Source: a virus (lineage: Duplodnaviria; Caudoviricetes). Taken from it: 56,553 nt of DNA. The stretch spans positions 1 to 56,553 of the IMG/VR virus record IMGVR_UViG_3300022074_000047; one strand, written 5' to 3'. Within the stretch, counting starts at the first letter, position 1. Each line of letters begins with the position of its first letter. Below, in pieces: positions 10,050 through 20,713 of this stretch. A program made the position numbers and the translations under genes. The notes beneath the pieces are model-generated. The model saw only the letters and a program-made list of their open reading frames with translations, made no database searches and had not been told where the DNA came from.

Positions 10050-13000
10050 ATGGCTGAAGAAACTCCAACTTTCACTAATCTTAGACCAGATGCCACAATA
10101 GGTATTCAACCTTACATCTTGAGACAAGAAGATGTTGATAAAATAATTAAAACAGAAGCGACTAAGGGGGAAAAAGGGGATGCCCCAAGAGCTTTAGCTA
10201 CGGATTTGGTAAATGTTTTTAGTGCTTCTGATTTTAAGGAAGAAATACAACAAGATCCAAACTTCTTGTCTTACGAGCTGCTTCGATCCGGTAAAGCAAA
10301 AATACTAGATTACATACCGGCGTATGCGGGTAAAAAACCAGTAGATCGTCAACTTACAGACCAAGACATAAACATTCTTTTTTCTAATGCTAAACAGGCG
10401 GATTTTGCTCGACCTTTTTTTACAGAGCTTGCTAAATCAGCACCGGCAACGTATGCAGGAGTAAAAACAGCAGGCATAGTTGGCTCAAGATTAATACCCG
10501 CAGCGGCGGCCTCCGGACCTTTGGCTCCTATTGCCGTCCCTGCGGCGTTTCTTGCAACAGGTGCTGCTTCTCTAGCATCGGCCGGAATAACTTATTATGC
10601 AGGAGAAAAAATTGAAGATGCTTTTTTAGGGCCTAAAGATCCAATAACACCAACCTCTAAAGCGGCACACGAAGCGTATCGCACACTGGGTGCTTTTACA
10701 GGATCTATTTTTGCACCGTGGATGTTTAAGGATACTGTGGATTTAGGTTACAACGCGGCTGTTTCTAAGTTAGCAGAGGGCGCTTCGCCTGCCTTTCAGA
10801 CTAGAATGCTAAAAGTTTTTGAGGATATGATATCTGGAACGGGAACCTTAGCGAAAAAATCACCGATACCATTGGCCGGTGCAGAACTTACGTCAGGAGC
10901 AGGCGCCTCTCTTGGTGCGTATTATTCGGAGTCGATGTTTCCGGGCTCGATAGGTCCTCGTCTATTTAGTGAGTTTTTAGGGGCTAATACCTTTTACTCT
11001 ACCTTTTTACGGGTGGTTCCAAATGCCTTGAAAAATTTACAAAAAACAGACGTTACAGGCGCTATCGTAGATAAATCTCAGGAAAACCTATTTACCAAAA
11101 TAAACGAGACATATAAGCTGTATGGAACCGATGAGGGCTATGATCAACTTATAAGAAATCTAACAGATGAAACGTTTATAAAAGAACTTGAGGATGCTTT
11201 TCCCGGTATCAAGTTTACCGCCGCCCAACAAAGTGGCGATCCACTTATCATGGCTATCGAATCTGTTAAAGCTAAACAAAACCAAACGTTAGATGCCACA
11301 CGAAAACAAAATGCAACCAAAGCAGAAGCGTTTTTATTAGGTTTAACAAAAGCTCTCGAAGATAAAGGCGACGATCAAAGTCTTAAAGCAGCGGCTGAAA
11401 TTAGAGAGTCAATGTTTCAAAATACATTACAAATGTCCTATGAAGAAAAGCTTGAGAATTTTTTAAAAGCTGCGGAAAAATTAAAAGCGCAACCCGGTCA
11501 GGCGGGGTCTAAATCAAAAGCGGACATATCTGTTCAAATGTTTTCTCTCTTAGAGGACACGTTAAACAGTGTTAAAAAGAAAGAAAGCGATTTTTGGGAT
11601 AAGGTTGGGTCGGTGCCCTTGATACAACCTATAGGTCCAAATGCCAAAAGTGATGACTTACCAAATTTTTTAAAAACTTGGAACAAAATTTTACCAAAAG
11701 ACGCAGCGGTACGACAAGATTTTGAGAAAAAAGTTAAGGTTCTTACTGATTTTATTGCAAATGCACGAGAGGATCTTGGTTTAAAACCTTTAGTAAATTT
11801 CACTAAAGAAGAACAAAAAACCATAAATAAGTTTCAAAAAACAGCAGAAAATTTTCAAATAAAATTAGCAGGTTTTGAAGAGGAGAGTGCTTTAAAACAA
11901 GCTCTGCGTGAATCTAAAGGTTTAGATGACGATGCAAAAGTAGACTTTTTTAGAACATACGCTTATAGAAATTTGGGCTTGACCGGAGATGAAGCAACAA
12001 AAGAAGAAAGAATGCTGTTAAGTGCCTTAAACGCTTACGGTGATTTATCGGCATCAAAAGTAACCGCAACGCAACGTGCACGCACTCGAGCACAATCTCC
12101 CTTGGTTGATGCACAAGCTATCTCCGCAGCACGTTTGGTTGAGGTACGATCGACAGCTCTTTCTTTAGCAAGAGGATTTGCAGCAGAACCCTCAACCGCT
12201 CACCTCGCTAAACGAGTAGGTAAGTTTGCTGAAGCTTTGCTTGATGATTTAGATGTTGATGGTTTTGGCGATGCCTACAACACCGCGCGGGCGTTTTCAA
12301 GAGCTAAAAATGATGTTTACACTCGTGCTATACTTGGAAAAGCTTTTCAAAAAGATAAAGCAGGAGGAGAGGTTTTACCTGCCGAGGTTACCTTTGAGTT
12401 GTTTGTAAAAAAGAACCCCTCTTTAACCTTAAACAGACTTAGGCAATTAAACACGTTAAGTGAATTTTTAGATGAGCAAGACATAAAGGTGAGCGAAACA
12501 TTAAGACGCGATACTGATTTTGTTGAGATGGATGATGATGAACCCATATTTACTACCATGAATAAACTAACCGATAATTTCTTACGGCGCATGGAAGAAA
12601 CGGTGGGACGCGAGGTCTTTGATCCCGAAACAGGAACCATGACTCTGGTGTTAGACGCTAACAAATTAGAAAAATTTAAAAAAGACAACGCGCAGGTATT
12701 AGAACAGCTTCCCGGTTTAATTATTGATTTAGACAATGTTGTTTCCGCTAAAAATACCTTAGAAAGCTTTAAGTTTGGACGGAAAAAAGTTTTAGAAGAA
12801 CATAAAAAACAAACTATTTTATCATCTCTTCTTAACGGTGCGTCCCCGACGGTTGCTTTAGCAGAAGCAGTCAATGGGTCAAATCCAGTTAAATCTCTAA
12901 ATCAATATTTTAGTTTAAGCACTGCTCCCAAAGAAACCGCGCAAAAGGTAGGTATAAGTTTACCTCAATTTAAACCTTTCAATGCTGCCGGTAGAAAAGC

Positions 13001-13934
13001 AAAAAACGTTGCAGATGCCGATTTAAATTTAGAAGATATTAATGATGGTTTTAAAAGATCAATCATACAACACGCTCTTATGAAATCGGGAGGTGAGGGA
13101 GACTTTGATATTGAATCTTTTGCTAAAGTTTTGTACGGCCCTCTAAAAAAAGACCCTAATTACTCCCTAATGGATATTGTAAAAACTTACGACATATTTT
13201 CTAAAACAGAGTTTGACAGAATACGTTTGATGACCAGTCAGTTACTTAAAATAAAAGCGGCGGAAAAAGCAGGAAATATAAATGACCCTGATTTCGTAGA
13301 GAAAGCCGGGCCGCTCTTGGGTTTTTATTTTGGTATTGGTGGTTCAGCTCTTGGTACGAAAACGTACCAAACATTAACAGGTGGTGCCGGTGGGCCGGGT
13401 TCAATCACAGCCGCAGGTATTGGTAAAAATGCTGTGACAGATTTTCTTTTGAAAATACCGCAAGTTAAAAATTTAGAAAAAATATCTACAATTTTTCTTG
13501 AGCCTGATACGGTTGCACAACTGTTGAAAAAACCAAAAACAGAACGTGATAAAAAAAGAGTTATAGATACTATTATTGAGAACCTTTCGAAAACATTTGG
13601 CAACATTGCGCGTCAGGGTATTCCTATATCTGTTCCAAAAGTTGGAGAGGCTATTACTCCAGAGGGCGACGCAGAGCGTGAACGATTTTTATTAAAACAA
13701 AGACAATTAGAAGAAATGAAGAAAAAAGGGGCACCTATGATACCACCTAGACAAGGGCCAATTAATCAAAACACGGCTCCTGTCAATCAGAACACGCTAC
13801 CCTCTAATGAGTCTTTAATAAATGTAAATCTTTCCCCGCCTGCGCAAAATCAAAAAGTTGACAGGCGCCGATTTGCTGCTTTATTTCCAGAAGATGCCGA
13901 TTTGATACAAGGAATAGGCAGCTTACGTGCATGA
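10050..13934 (+). CDS. large internal virion/ejection protein
   Basis: 1294 aa, helical composition with hydrophobic A/G segments, last large gene of the ejection cluster. Confidence 0.65.
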   Translation: MAEETPTFTNLRPDATIGIQPYILRQEDVDKIIKTEATKGEKGDAPRALATDLVNVFSASDFKEEIQQDPNFLSYELLRSGKAKILDYIPAYAGKKPVDRQLTDQDINILFSNAKQADFARPFFTELAKSAPATYAGVKTAGIVGSRLIPAAAASGPLAPIAVPAAFLATGAASLASAGITYYAGEKIEDAFLGPKDPITPTSKAAHEAYRTLGAFTGSIFAPWMFKDTVDLGYNAAVSKLAEGASPAFQTRMLKVFEDMISGTGTLAKKSPIPLAGAELTSGAGASLGAYYSESMFPGSIGPRLFSEFLGANTFYSTFLRVVPNALKNLQKTDVTGAIVDKSQENLFTKINETYKLYGTDEGYDQLIRNLTDETFIKELEDAFPGIKFTAAQQSGDPLIMAIESVKAKQNQTLDATRKQNATKAEAFLLGLTKALEDKGDDQSLKAAAEIRESMFQNTLQMSYEEKLENFLKAAEKLKAQPGQAGSKSKADISVQMFSLLEDTLNSVKKKESDFWDKVGSVPLIQPIGPNAKSDDLPNFLKTWNKILPKDAAVRQDFEKKVKVLTDFIANAREDLGLKPLVNFTKEEQKTINKFQKTAENFQIKLAGFEEESALKQALRESKGLDDDAKVDFFRTYAYRNLGLTGDEATKEERMLLSALNAYGDLSASKVTATQRARTRAQSPLVDAQAISAARLVEVRSTALSLARGFAAEPSTAHLAKRVGKFAEALLDDLDVDGFGDAYNTARAFSRAKNDVYTRAILGKAFQKDKAGGEVLPAEVTFELFVKKNPSLTLNRLRQLNTLSEFLDEQDIKVSETLRRDTDFVEMDDDEPIFTTMNKLTDNFLRRMEETVGREVFDPETGTMTLVLDANKLEKFKKDNAQVLEQLPGLIIDLDNVVSAKNTLESFKFGRKKVLEEHKKQTILSSLLNGASPTVALAEAVNGSNPVKSLNQYFSLSTAPKETAQKVGISLPQFKPFNAAGRKAKNVADADLNLEDINDGFKRSIIQHALMKSGGEGDFDIESFAKVLYGPLKKDPNYSLMDIVKTYDIFSKTEFDRIRLMTSQLLKIKAAEKAGNINDPDFVEKAGPLLGFYFGIGGSALGTKTYQTLTGGAGGPGSITAAGIGKNAVTDFLLKIPQVKNLEKISTIFLEPDTVAQLLKKPKTERDKKRVIDTIIENLSKTFGNIARQGIPISVPKVGEAITPEGDAERERFLLKQRQLEEMKKKGAPMIPPRQGPINQNTAPVNQNTLPSNESLINVNLSPPAQNQKVDRRRFAALFPEDADLIQGIGSLRA

Positions 13935-14227
13935 GCAAGGACCCCCTAAAAGGCACTGGAAAGAAACCAAAAGGGTCAGGAAGGAGATTATATACCGATG
14001 AAAACCCCAAAGACACCGTCTCTATTAAATTTGCCACTGTGGCAGATGCCGAAGCAACTGTTCGCAAAGTTAAAAGAGTTAATAAACCGTTTGCTAGGAA
14101 GATCCAAATCCTCACCGTCCTCGAACAACGAGCCAAAGTTCAAAACAAAAACAGACAAGCTCAAATCGCGAGGAAGGCCAAAGAAGATCTCCGAGCCAAA
14201 AATAAAACGAAAAAGAGGACGGCCTAG
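13931..14227 (+). CDS. small basic hypothetical protein
   Basis: 98 aa K/R-rich, ATGA overlap; GTGKKPKGSGRRLYTDENP motif. Confidence 0.7.
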   Translation: MSKDPLKGTGKKPKGSGRRLYTDENPKDTVSIKFATVADAEATVRKVKRVNKPFARKIQILTVLEQRAKVQNKNRQAQIARKAKEDLRAKNKTKKRTA

Positions 14228-14232
14228 AAAAA

Positions 14233-14358
14233 ATGAAAAAAAATAATCAAAAAAAGCTAAAGAAAGTAGTCAAAGGCCTAAACAAAGCTTCTAAGCTACA
14301 CGCAAAGCAAGCCAAAACTATCCGGTCTGTACTAAAGACTAAGAAATCCAAGACCTAG
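14233..14358 (+). CDS. 41-aa basic peptide (below ORF-track cutoff)
   Basis: MKKNNQKKLKKVVKGLNKASKLHAKQAKTIRSVLKTKKSKT*; overlaps the 3' end of the convergent helicase by 20 bp. Confidence 0.55.
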   Translation: MKKNNQKKLKKVVKGLNKASKLHAKQAKTIRSVLKTKKSKT

Positions 14359-15787
14359 CGTCTTCGCCCAACACTTGTTGTGCAAGGTTTATCTTTTCTC
14401 TCAGGGCCTGTAGTATCTTTTCATCGATAGTTTCTGGCGCTACTAAATCTACATAAGTAACCTTGTTCGTCTGACCAATACGGTGCGCTCTGTCTTCAGA
14501 CTGCAAACGTATTTCTAAATCATAACTGTTGCTATAATACACCACCGTGCTTGCGGCGGTCAAAGTAATACCATACCCACCCGTTCTTGGTTGCCCCACA
14601 AAGAAACGTAGGGGATCTTCAAGGTCTTGATAACGTTGTACAATCTCTTGACGCTCCTCTTGTGGGGTTTCACCATAGTAGGTTGCAACCGCTTCGGGCC
14701 CAAAGCGGTCGCGCAGGGCCTTCGCTATCTGTTGGATGTCGTAGGTATATGTCGCCCAAATGATAGCTTTTCCCTGTACTTCTTCACATATATCGAGCAG
14801 TTCTTTCAACCGCCCGTTTGCGAAACTCACTGTATTACCCTCATCATCTTGTATATGACCACAGCATATCTGTTGCAGACGCATGATCTGTGTCAGCACG
14901 CTCTGTGTCGTGGCTAATTCGCCATTGTCAAGCTTGGTAAGGGCCAAACGTTTCATCTCCGTGTACGACCGTTTCTGCTCCTCGGATAATGGAACAAGAC
15001 GGCGTACATACATTTTATCCGGCAGATCCAGACAATCTTCTTTCAACACACGATTACTAAACGCCTCGAGCTTTTCGTTGAGCTCATCTAATCGTCTGTA
15101 TCCTACCACTTCATTAAAGGATCGCGGTCCCATAAAACGCTTTTGCAACACCGCATAGCGGTTTTGAAACGCATAAAAACTCTGAAAGTTTAGTGCCAAA
15201 GTAGATAAGAACATACATTGGCTAAACAAATCCATAGGACTACGGGTCACGGGAGAGCCGGTAAGTATACGTCTATACTTAGACAGTCCCTTCATCTCTA
15301 ATATATTCTTTGTACGGTTTGCACTTCTATTCTTAATAGTCGTGCTTTCATCTACTATCACTATGTTCTCATCATTAGCCTCAAGAAACGTAAGTGCCGC
15401 CTGCGTCCCGCGAGGCGTGGACAACGCTTCGGTGTTCATCACAAATATTTTAAGGCCATCAAACTTTTCATATACCAACGTTTTCATTTGTTTCTGAAAC
15501 CATTGCGCACTGGAGGGTTGCCATCGCACCATATTAATGGGTATGTCCTCCGACAAGTGTGTCGGTATCTCGCCTTGCACCCAGTTATCGTATACCCCCT
15601 TGGGCGATATAATAAGTGCTGCGTTTATTTTGCCCTCTGTATATAAGGCCCCCATCGTATCTATAGCCACCTTAGATTTACCTGTACCCATCTCCATAAA
15701 CAGTGCATAATACTTTGCGTCCCACGAATCACGGAGCGCTGTCATCTGATGATCGAAGGGTTTCGTTTTAAATTTATATTTTTTCAT
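14339..15787 (-). CDS. SNF2-family (SF2) helicase
   Basis: MEMGTGKS, VDEST, LTGSP, GGYGITL, QSEDRAHRIGQ motifs. Confidence 0.92.
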   Translation of the reverse strand: MKKYKFKTKPFDHQMTALRDSWDAKYYALFMEMGTGKSKVAIDTMGALYTEGKINAALIISPKGVYDNWVQGEIPTHLSEDIPINMVRWQPSSAQWFQKQMKTLVYEKFDGLKIFVMNTEALSTPRGTQAALTFLEANDENIVIVDESTTIKNRSANRTKNILEMKGLSKYRRILTGSPVTRSPMDLFSQCMFLSTLALNFQSFYAFQNRYAVLQKRFMGPRSFNEVVGYRRLDELNEKLEAFSNRVLKEDCLDLPDKMYVRRLVPLSEEQKRSYTEMKRLALTKLDNGELATTQSVLTQIMRLQQICCGHIQDDEGNTVSFANGRLKELLDICEEVQGKAIIWATYTYDIQQIAKALRDRFGPEAVATYYGETPQEERQEIVQRYQDLEDPLRFFVGQPRTGGYGITLTAASTVVYYSNSYDLEIRLQSEDRAHRIGQTNKVTYVDLVAPETIDEKILQALREKINLAQQVLGEDARSWIS

Positions 15788-15796
15788 TTTTACCTC

Positions 15797-15837
15797 TTGA
15801 CTATAAGAACTTATACGCTTATATATGGAATTGTCAA
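15797..15837. promoter_or_regulatory. overlapping divergent sigma70-type promoters
   Basis: + strand TTGACT-N17-TATATA; - strand TTGACA-N16-TATAAG; lies between divergent genes. Confidence 0.55.
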
Positions 15838-15879
15838 GACCTGAAAAGGTTTTTAATCGCGAAAGAGAAAGGACGATAC

Positions 15880-16470
15880 ATGGACATAATGAAGAAACTA
15901 AAAGAGGATGCCAATCAGGGCTCCTTATTTTCCAAGCATACGTTAGATAATGAAGACTTATCCACGCTTACTGGATTCGCCGAAGCCATTATTAAGCAAG
16001 ATGCTTTTGTGAAAGAACTAGACGAAAAGCTCAAAGAAGAGAAAAAGAAGCTGTTAAAGATGACGGATGAAGACTTACCCGCATTGATGACAGAAGCTAA
16101 CTCTATGGAGTTTACTCTACTAGACGGATCAAAAGTAACTATAAAGCCACAGTATGGGGCCTCTATCAAGGTAGACAACCGTCCTGCGGCTTATGAATGG
16201 CTAAGGGAGCATGGGCATGACGACATTATTAAAAACACAGTATCTTGTCAGTTTGGACGCGGAGAAGACGATCTTGCATCTTCGTTCAAGGCGTTTGCCG
16301 AAAAGGAAGGCTACGTCCCGAACCAAACCGAAAAGATCGAACCCATGTCACTACGGGCTTTTGTCAAAGAACGTGTTGAAAATGGGGACGAGTTCCCCAT
16401 GGACTTATTTGGGGCGTATGTTGGTCAACGAGCCGTCATTACTAAAGCGAAAGGAGCAAAGAATGGCTGA
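15880..16470 (+). CDS. conserved replication-module protein
   Basis: 196 aa; LPALM..A....FTL.DG..V, AYEWLREHGHDDIIKN pattern common upstream of phage SSBs. Confidence 0.7.
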   Translation: MDIMKKLKEDANQGSLFSKHTLDNEDLSTLTGFAEAIIKQDAFVKELDEKLKEEKKKLLKMTDEDLPALMTEANSMEFTLLDGSKVTIKPQYGASIKVDNRPAAYEWLREHGHDDIIKNTVSCQFGRGEDDLASSFKAFAEKEGYVPNQTEKIEPMSLRAFVKERVENGDEFPMDLFGAYVGQRAVITKAKGAKNG

Positions 16471-17272
16471 AGCAAGCAAATCAGTAGCTGAAAAGAAAGC
16501 TACAGAGGTTGTCGCATTTGATTTTGCACAACTTCAAAAAGACGCGGGAAAGGGTAACGAGAACGTTGGTAAAGACGATCTTGCCTTACCGTTTATCAAG
16601 ATACTATCGGGTGTCGATCCAATGATGGACAAGCTCGATGGTAAAAAGGGTGACATATACAATAGTGTTACCGAAGCGCTATACAGCGGCAAGGAAGGCA
16701 TTGTAGTCGTTCCGGTTGCTTATCAGCGTGAATTTCTACGATGGGCCCCCAGAGGCCAAGGTAGCGGCGCTCCTACGGTCTACAAGACACGAGCAGAGTG
16801 TCCCGCCGTAAAACGGTCAGAGGATGACAATAAGGAGTATTGCACCGACGGCAGTGGGGATTACATCGAGGAAACGCATCAGCACTTTGTGTTAGTGATT
16901 GGTGCGGACGGTAAAGGCGAAACAGCGCTTATACCCATGAAGTCTACACAGCTAAAAAAGTCACGCAAATTTAACAGCATGATTATGGCGCAGTGTGACA
17001 GAGATGGGTTTGCACGGTTCGCGTATAAGTTCCGTATGAAAACCCTTGGTGAGTCTAATGACAAGGGCTCATGGCACGGTTGGGAAATGCAACTTGAAGG
17101 ACCGCTTCTTGATGAGGACACTCAGAAGAAAGATCCTACTCAGTTTGCAAAAAACTTAGCGACATATGAACAGGCAAAAGCATTCTCCGAGAGTGTCCAA
17201 TCGGGCAACGTTGAAGTAAAACGTGAGAATGAAGATGTTAAGAGCGGCGAAAAAGATCAGATACCGTTCTAA
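16463..17272 (+). CDS. probable single-stranded DNA-binding protein
   Basis: Start moved to ATG 16463 (SD AAGGAG); C-terminal DQIPF tail; sits before the primase. Confidence 0.6.
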   Translation: MAEASKSVAEKKATEVVAFDFAQLQKDAGKGNENVGKDDLALPFIKILSGVDPMMDKLDGKKGDIYNSVTEALYSGKEGIVVVPVAYQREFLRWAPRGQGSGAPTVYKTRAECPAVKRSEDDNKEYCTDGSGDYIEETHQHFVLVIGADGKGETALIPMKSTQLKKSRKFNSMIMAQCDRDGFARFAYKFRMKTLGESNDKGSWHGWEMQLEGPLLDEDTQKKDPTQFAKNLATYEQAKAFSESVQSGNVEVKRENEDVKSGEKDQIPF

Positions 17273-17274
17273 TT

Positions 17275-18819
17275 ATGTCATCAGTAGAAAAATTTGCCGC
17301 AATCTTTGACGGTCTGCAACTAGCCTACGGCACGTTCAAGATTGATAAGAAGCAATTAAATGGTAAGAGCACGGGCCGTGCCGCGATAGTTCGCGAGCCA
17401 CGGTCCACAGAGCTATGGGAAGGTCACATATCAGGCAAAGGTCGTGGTATCGGTATCATACCCATAAACGAAGAAAACAAATGTGTCTGGGGGTGTATTG
17501 ATGTGGATCAATATCCCCTTGACCACAAGAAACTAATAGAACAAATACGTAAGCTAAAACTGCCTTTGGTCATTTGTCGCTCCAAATCAGGTGGAGCACA
17601 CTGTTTTCTGTTTGCTACAGAATGGATAGAAGCCAAGGATATGCAAGCAACGCTACAACAAATGTCTGCCGCGCTCGGTTACGGCGGTAGTGAGATATTC
17701 CCAAAGCAAATAAAACTACACTTAGACCGCGATGATGTAGGAAATTTTCTTAACCTACCGTACTTTGATGCAGAAGACGGCCTGCGGTATGCCATCAAGG
17801 ACGACGGCACAAGCGCCACGCTTGACGAATTTATAAAGCTATATGAGGAATACAAACAAACACCGGAACAAATAACACGCCTACAAGTAGGCGAGCCTAA
17901 AGTACAAGAGCCCATGATGGACGGTCCGCCCTGTCTACAAATACTGGCCAGTAAAAAGATAGGTGAGGGGGGTAGAAACAATGGGTTATTTAATCTTGGC
18001 GTATACCTACGCAAGGCCTACCCTGACAGTTGGGAGACAGAGATACTTACCTATAATATGCAGTATCTTGAGCCCCCTCTTCCTCTTAGTGAGGTAAACA
18101 TCGTAGCCAAACAGCTTGAGCGTAAGGAGTATGCCTACAAATGTAGCGATGCACCAATCAACGCCTATTGCAACAAAACCTTGTGTCTTACACGAAAGCA
18201 CGGTGTAGGAGCGGCTGTACAGGGCGCTGTAATAGCAAACTTACGTAAATACAACTCAATACCGCCCGTATGGTTTGTCGATGTAAACGGGGAGCCCTTG
18301 GAAATGGATACGGATGCTCTGTTGAACCAAGCCATATTTCAGAGATCGTGCATGGAGCAACTGAACTTTATGCCGCGCTCTGTATCCCGAATAATATGGG
18401 AAAACCGTATTGGATCCCTGATGCAAGAGATGAAAGAAAACGAAAGCGCTATCATAGATGTATCACAGGACGCTAGTGTCAGCGGACAGTTCTATGACCA
18501 TCTTGAGGAGTTCTGTCAAAGTATGCAACAGGCCGACGATAAAGAAGAGATACTGCTGAAGCGTCCATGGACGGATGAAGACGAAAAGATGACATATTTT
18601 AGACTGAAAGACTTTGACGCACACTTAAAACGCAACAAGTTTTTTGAATACAAAAGTCATAAGATAGCACAACGTCTACGGGACAAAGGTGGCGAAAGCT
18701 CACAAATATCAATAAGAGGACGCCCTGTGCGTGTATGGAAGATACCGTCGTTTGATGCGGTAGAGGTGGAGCTGTCCGCTCCTGAGTTTGGTGGTAACGA
18801 AAGCAAAGAGGTATTTTAA
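17275..18819 (+). CDS. AEP-superfamily primase with PriCT-like domain
   Basis: WGCIDVD, RSKSGGAH, NFLNLPY, PPCL, GEGGRNNGLF motifs. Confidence 0.8.
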   Translation: MSSVEKFAAIFDGLQLAYGTFKIDKKQLNGKSTGRAAIVREPRSTELWEGHISGKGRGIGIIPINEENKCVWGCIDVDQYPLDHKKLIEQIRKLKLPLVICRSKSGGAHCFLFATEWIEAKDMQATLQQMSAALGYGGSEIFPKQIKLHLDRDDVGNFLNLPYFDAEDGLRYAIKDDGTSATLDEFIKLYEEYKQTPEQITRLQVGEPKVQEPMMDGPPCLQILASKKIGEGGRNNGLFNLGVYLRKAYPDSWETEILTYNMQYLEPPLPLSEVNIVAKQLERKEYAYKCSDAPINAYCNKTLCLTRKHGVGAAVQGAVIANLRKYNSIPPVWFVDVNGEPLEMDTDALLNQAIFQRSCMEQLNFMPRSVSRIIWENRIGSLMQEMKENESAIIDVSQDASVSGQFYDHLEEFCQSMQQADDKEEILLKRPWTDEDEKMTYFRLKDFDAHLKRNKFFEYKSHKIAQRLRDKGGESSQISIRGRPVRVWKIPSFDAVEVELSAPEFGGNESKEVF

Positions 18820-19067
18820 TGTTAAAAGCAGACGGATTTGATGAAGCATTTTTAGGCGTAGCATCGCGATTTAATATGGAGGATGTATTTGCCTACGATA
18901 AGGATGAATGCATAGCTATACTATGTCGGCGTGATAATATGTCCTATGACGACGCCGTTGAGTTCTTTAATTATAATGTATTAGGATCATGGGTAGGCGA
19001 AAAGACGCCCCTCTTTTTAAAAAAGTATGGCAGTATAAAGGATGCAGTAGATGACCTCGATTTATAA
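18819..19067 (+). CDS. conserved hypothetical protein
   Basis: ADGFDEAFLG...DAVEFFNYNVLGSWVGEKTP, a widespread phage small-protein pattern. Confidence 0.7.
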   Translation: MLKADGFDEAFLGVASRFNMEDVFAYDKDECIAILCRRDNMSYDDAVEFFNYNVLGSWVGEKTPLFLKKYGSIKDAVDDLDL

Positions 19068-19260
19068 AGAACGGAACCTTGAAATGCACAGATTACGGAC
19101 CGAAAGAGCCATGACACTCACGGCTATCGGTAAGAAGTATGGTGTAACACGCGAAAGAGTGCGTGTAATAGTTAATAAAATAGAAGAGCAGAATGCAAAC
19201 AAAGATATTCAGGATATACGGACCTCCGGGGACGGGGAAAACAACAGCACTACTGAATAA
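19051..19260 (+). CDS. sigma70 region-4-like HTH protein
   Basis: MTLTAIGKKYGVTRERVRVI matches the TLxEIGxxxGVTRERVRQI signature. Confidence 0.75.
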   Translation: MTSIYKERNLEMHRLRTERAMTLTAIGKKYGVTRERVRVIVNKIEEQNANKDIQDIRTSGDGENNSTTE

Positions 19261-20713
19261 AGTTGACGAGGCATTACGTCAAGGCATACCGCCCTCAAAG
19301 ATAGGATACTTTGCCTTTACCCGCCAAGCGGCTTATGAAGCAGTGGATCGTGCGTGTCAGCGGTTTGGTCTTGATGAAAATCAACTACCATGGTTCCGTA
19401 CACTACACAGCTTTGCTTTGCGCTTGTCAGGCATACGTTCCGAACAAGTCATGCAGAACGAGCATTACAAAGAACTGTCCGATACTATTGGCATAAAGCT
19501 CGTGCCTGACAATGGCGGTGGCGATAATATGTTTGAATCTAGTGCCAACGCGGACCCTTACCTCAGTATCATAAACTTAGCCCGTTTAAAAAAAATACCT
19601 TTGCGCAAGCAATATAATCTATCGGATAGCAATATAGACTGGATGACCCTGTCCTACGTCGCACGGTCCATACAAAGCTACAAAAACAGACTGAAACTCT
19701 ATGACTTTACCGATATGCTAGAGATATTTGTAAACGAAAGCTCTCGCTTCTGCCCAAACCTAAGCGTCAGCTTTATAGACGAAGCACAAGACCTATCCCC
19801 GCTGCAATGGGATGTGGCCCACATTATAGAAAAACATTCTGATAGAATATACTGCGCGGGGGACGATGACCAAGCTATATACAAGTGGGCGGGGGCCGAT
19901 GTCGAGCACTTTATAGGACTCAACGGAGGGTACGAGGTACTCGAGCAGTCCTATCGCGTACCACAGAACATACATCCTCTGGCCTCGCGTATATCAAAAC
20001 GCATACACAAGCGTGTCCCAAAAACATATCTGCCCAGACCAGAAGATGGATTAATAAAACGTATTAATGATGTATCGCACATAGATTTATCAGAAGGAAC
20101 ATGGCTCGTACTCGCGCAAGCTAATTACTTCCTACACAACCTTATAGATAGTTTACGCAGTCGCGGTCACTTATTTGCGTACCACGGTCAACGATCTATA
20201 TCGCAAAAGATAAGCGAAGCGGTGAACGGATGGGAACAAATGCGTAAAGGACGGGAGATAACCGCCCCTGTGGCCCGTGTTATCTACAGCTATATGTCTG
20301 TGGGCAACCGTGTAAAGCGAGGCTATAAAAAAATACCGCACCTTATGGACGATGAAACCGTAACACTTGAAGCGCTACGGAGCGATCATGGCCTGTTTGC
20401 CACCAATGATATGATATGGCACGAAGCTATGGATAAGATACCCGACAGCGAAAGAGCCTACATCACCGCTCTACTCCGTCGCGGAGAGAAGTTTAATGGC
20501 ACGCCTCGTATAACACTATCCACGATCCACGGATCGAAGGGTGGGGAAGCAGAGAACGTCGTGCTATTTACTGATGTGTCCCCCGCCGCGTCCAAAGCGG
20601 CGGAACAGGACCCTGACGAACTGCACCGTGTATTCTATGTCGGTGTAACACGAACTAAAAAAAATCTATATTTAATCGAGCCAGAAGACGCATTGAGGAG
20701 TTACAGCATATGA
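19193..20713 (+). CDS. UvrD/Rep-like SF1 helicase
   Basis: GPPGTGKT, IDEAQD, GDDDQAIY, QSYR, STIHGSKGGE, FYVGVTR. Confidence 0.92.
   Translation: MQTKIFRIYGPPGTGKTTALLNKVDEALRQGIPPSKIGYFAFTRQAAYEAVDRACQRFGLDENQLPWFRTLHSFALRLSGIRSEQVMQNEHYKELSDTIGIKLVPDNGGGDNMFESSANADPYLSIINLARLKKIPLRKQYNLSDSNIDWMTLSYVARSIQSYKNRLKLYDFTDMLEIFVNESSRFCPNLSVSFIDEAQDLSPLQWDVAHIIEKHSDRIYCAGDDDQAIYKWAGADVEHFIGLNGGYEVLEQSYRVPQNIHPLASRISKRIHKRVPKTYLPRPEDGLIKRINDVSHIDLSEGTWLVLAQANYFLHNLIDSLRSRGHLFAYHGQRSISQKISEAVNGWEQMRKGREITAPVARVIYSYMSVGNRVKRGYKKIPHLMDDETVTLEALRSDHGLFATNDMIWHEAMDKIPDSERAYITALLRRGEKFNGTPRITLSTIHGSKGGEAENVVLFTDVSPAASKAAEQDPDELHRVFYVGVTRTKKNLYLIEPEDALRSYSI

Noticed and set aside
16211-16462. N-terminal extension of the SSB ORF (also the extensions at 20919, 23752, 24366, 30160, 37815, 39616)
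   Set aside because: Longest-ORF artefacts, mostly overlapping upstream genes; downstream starts have better SD sequences.
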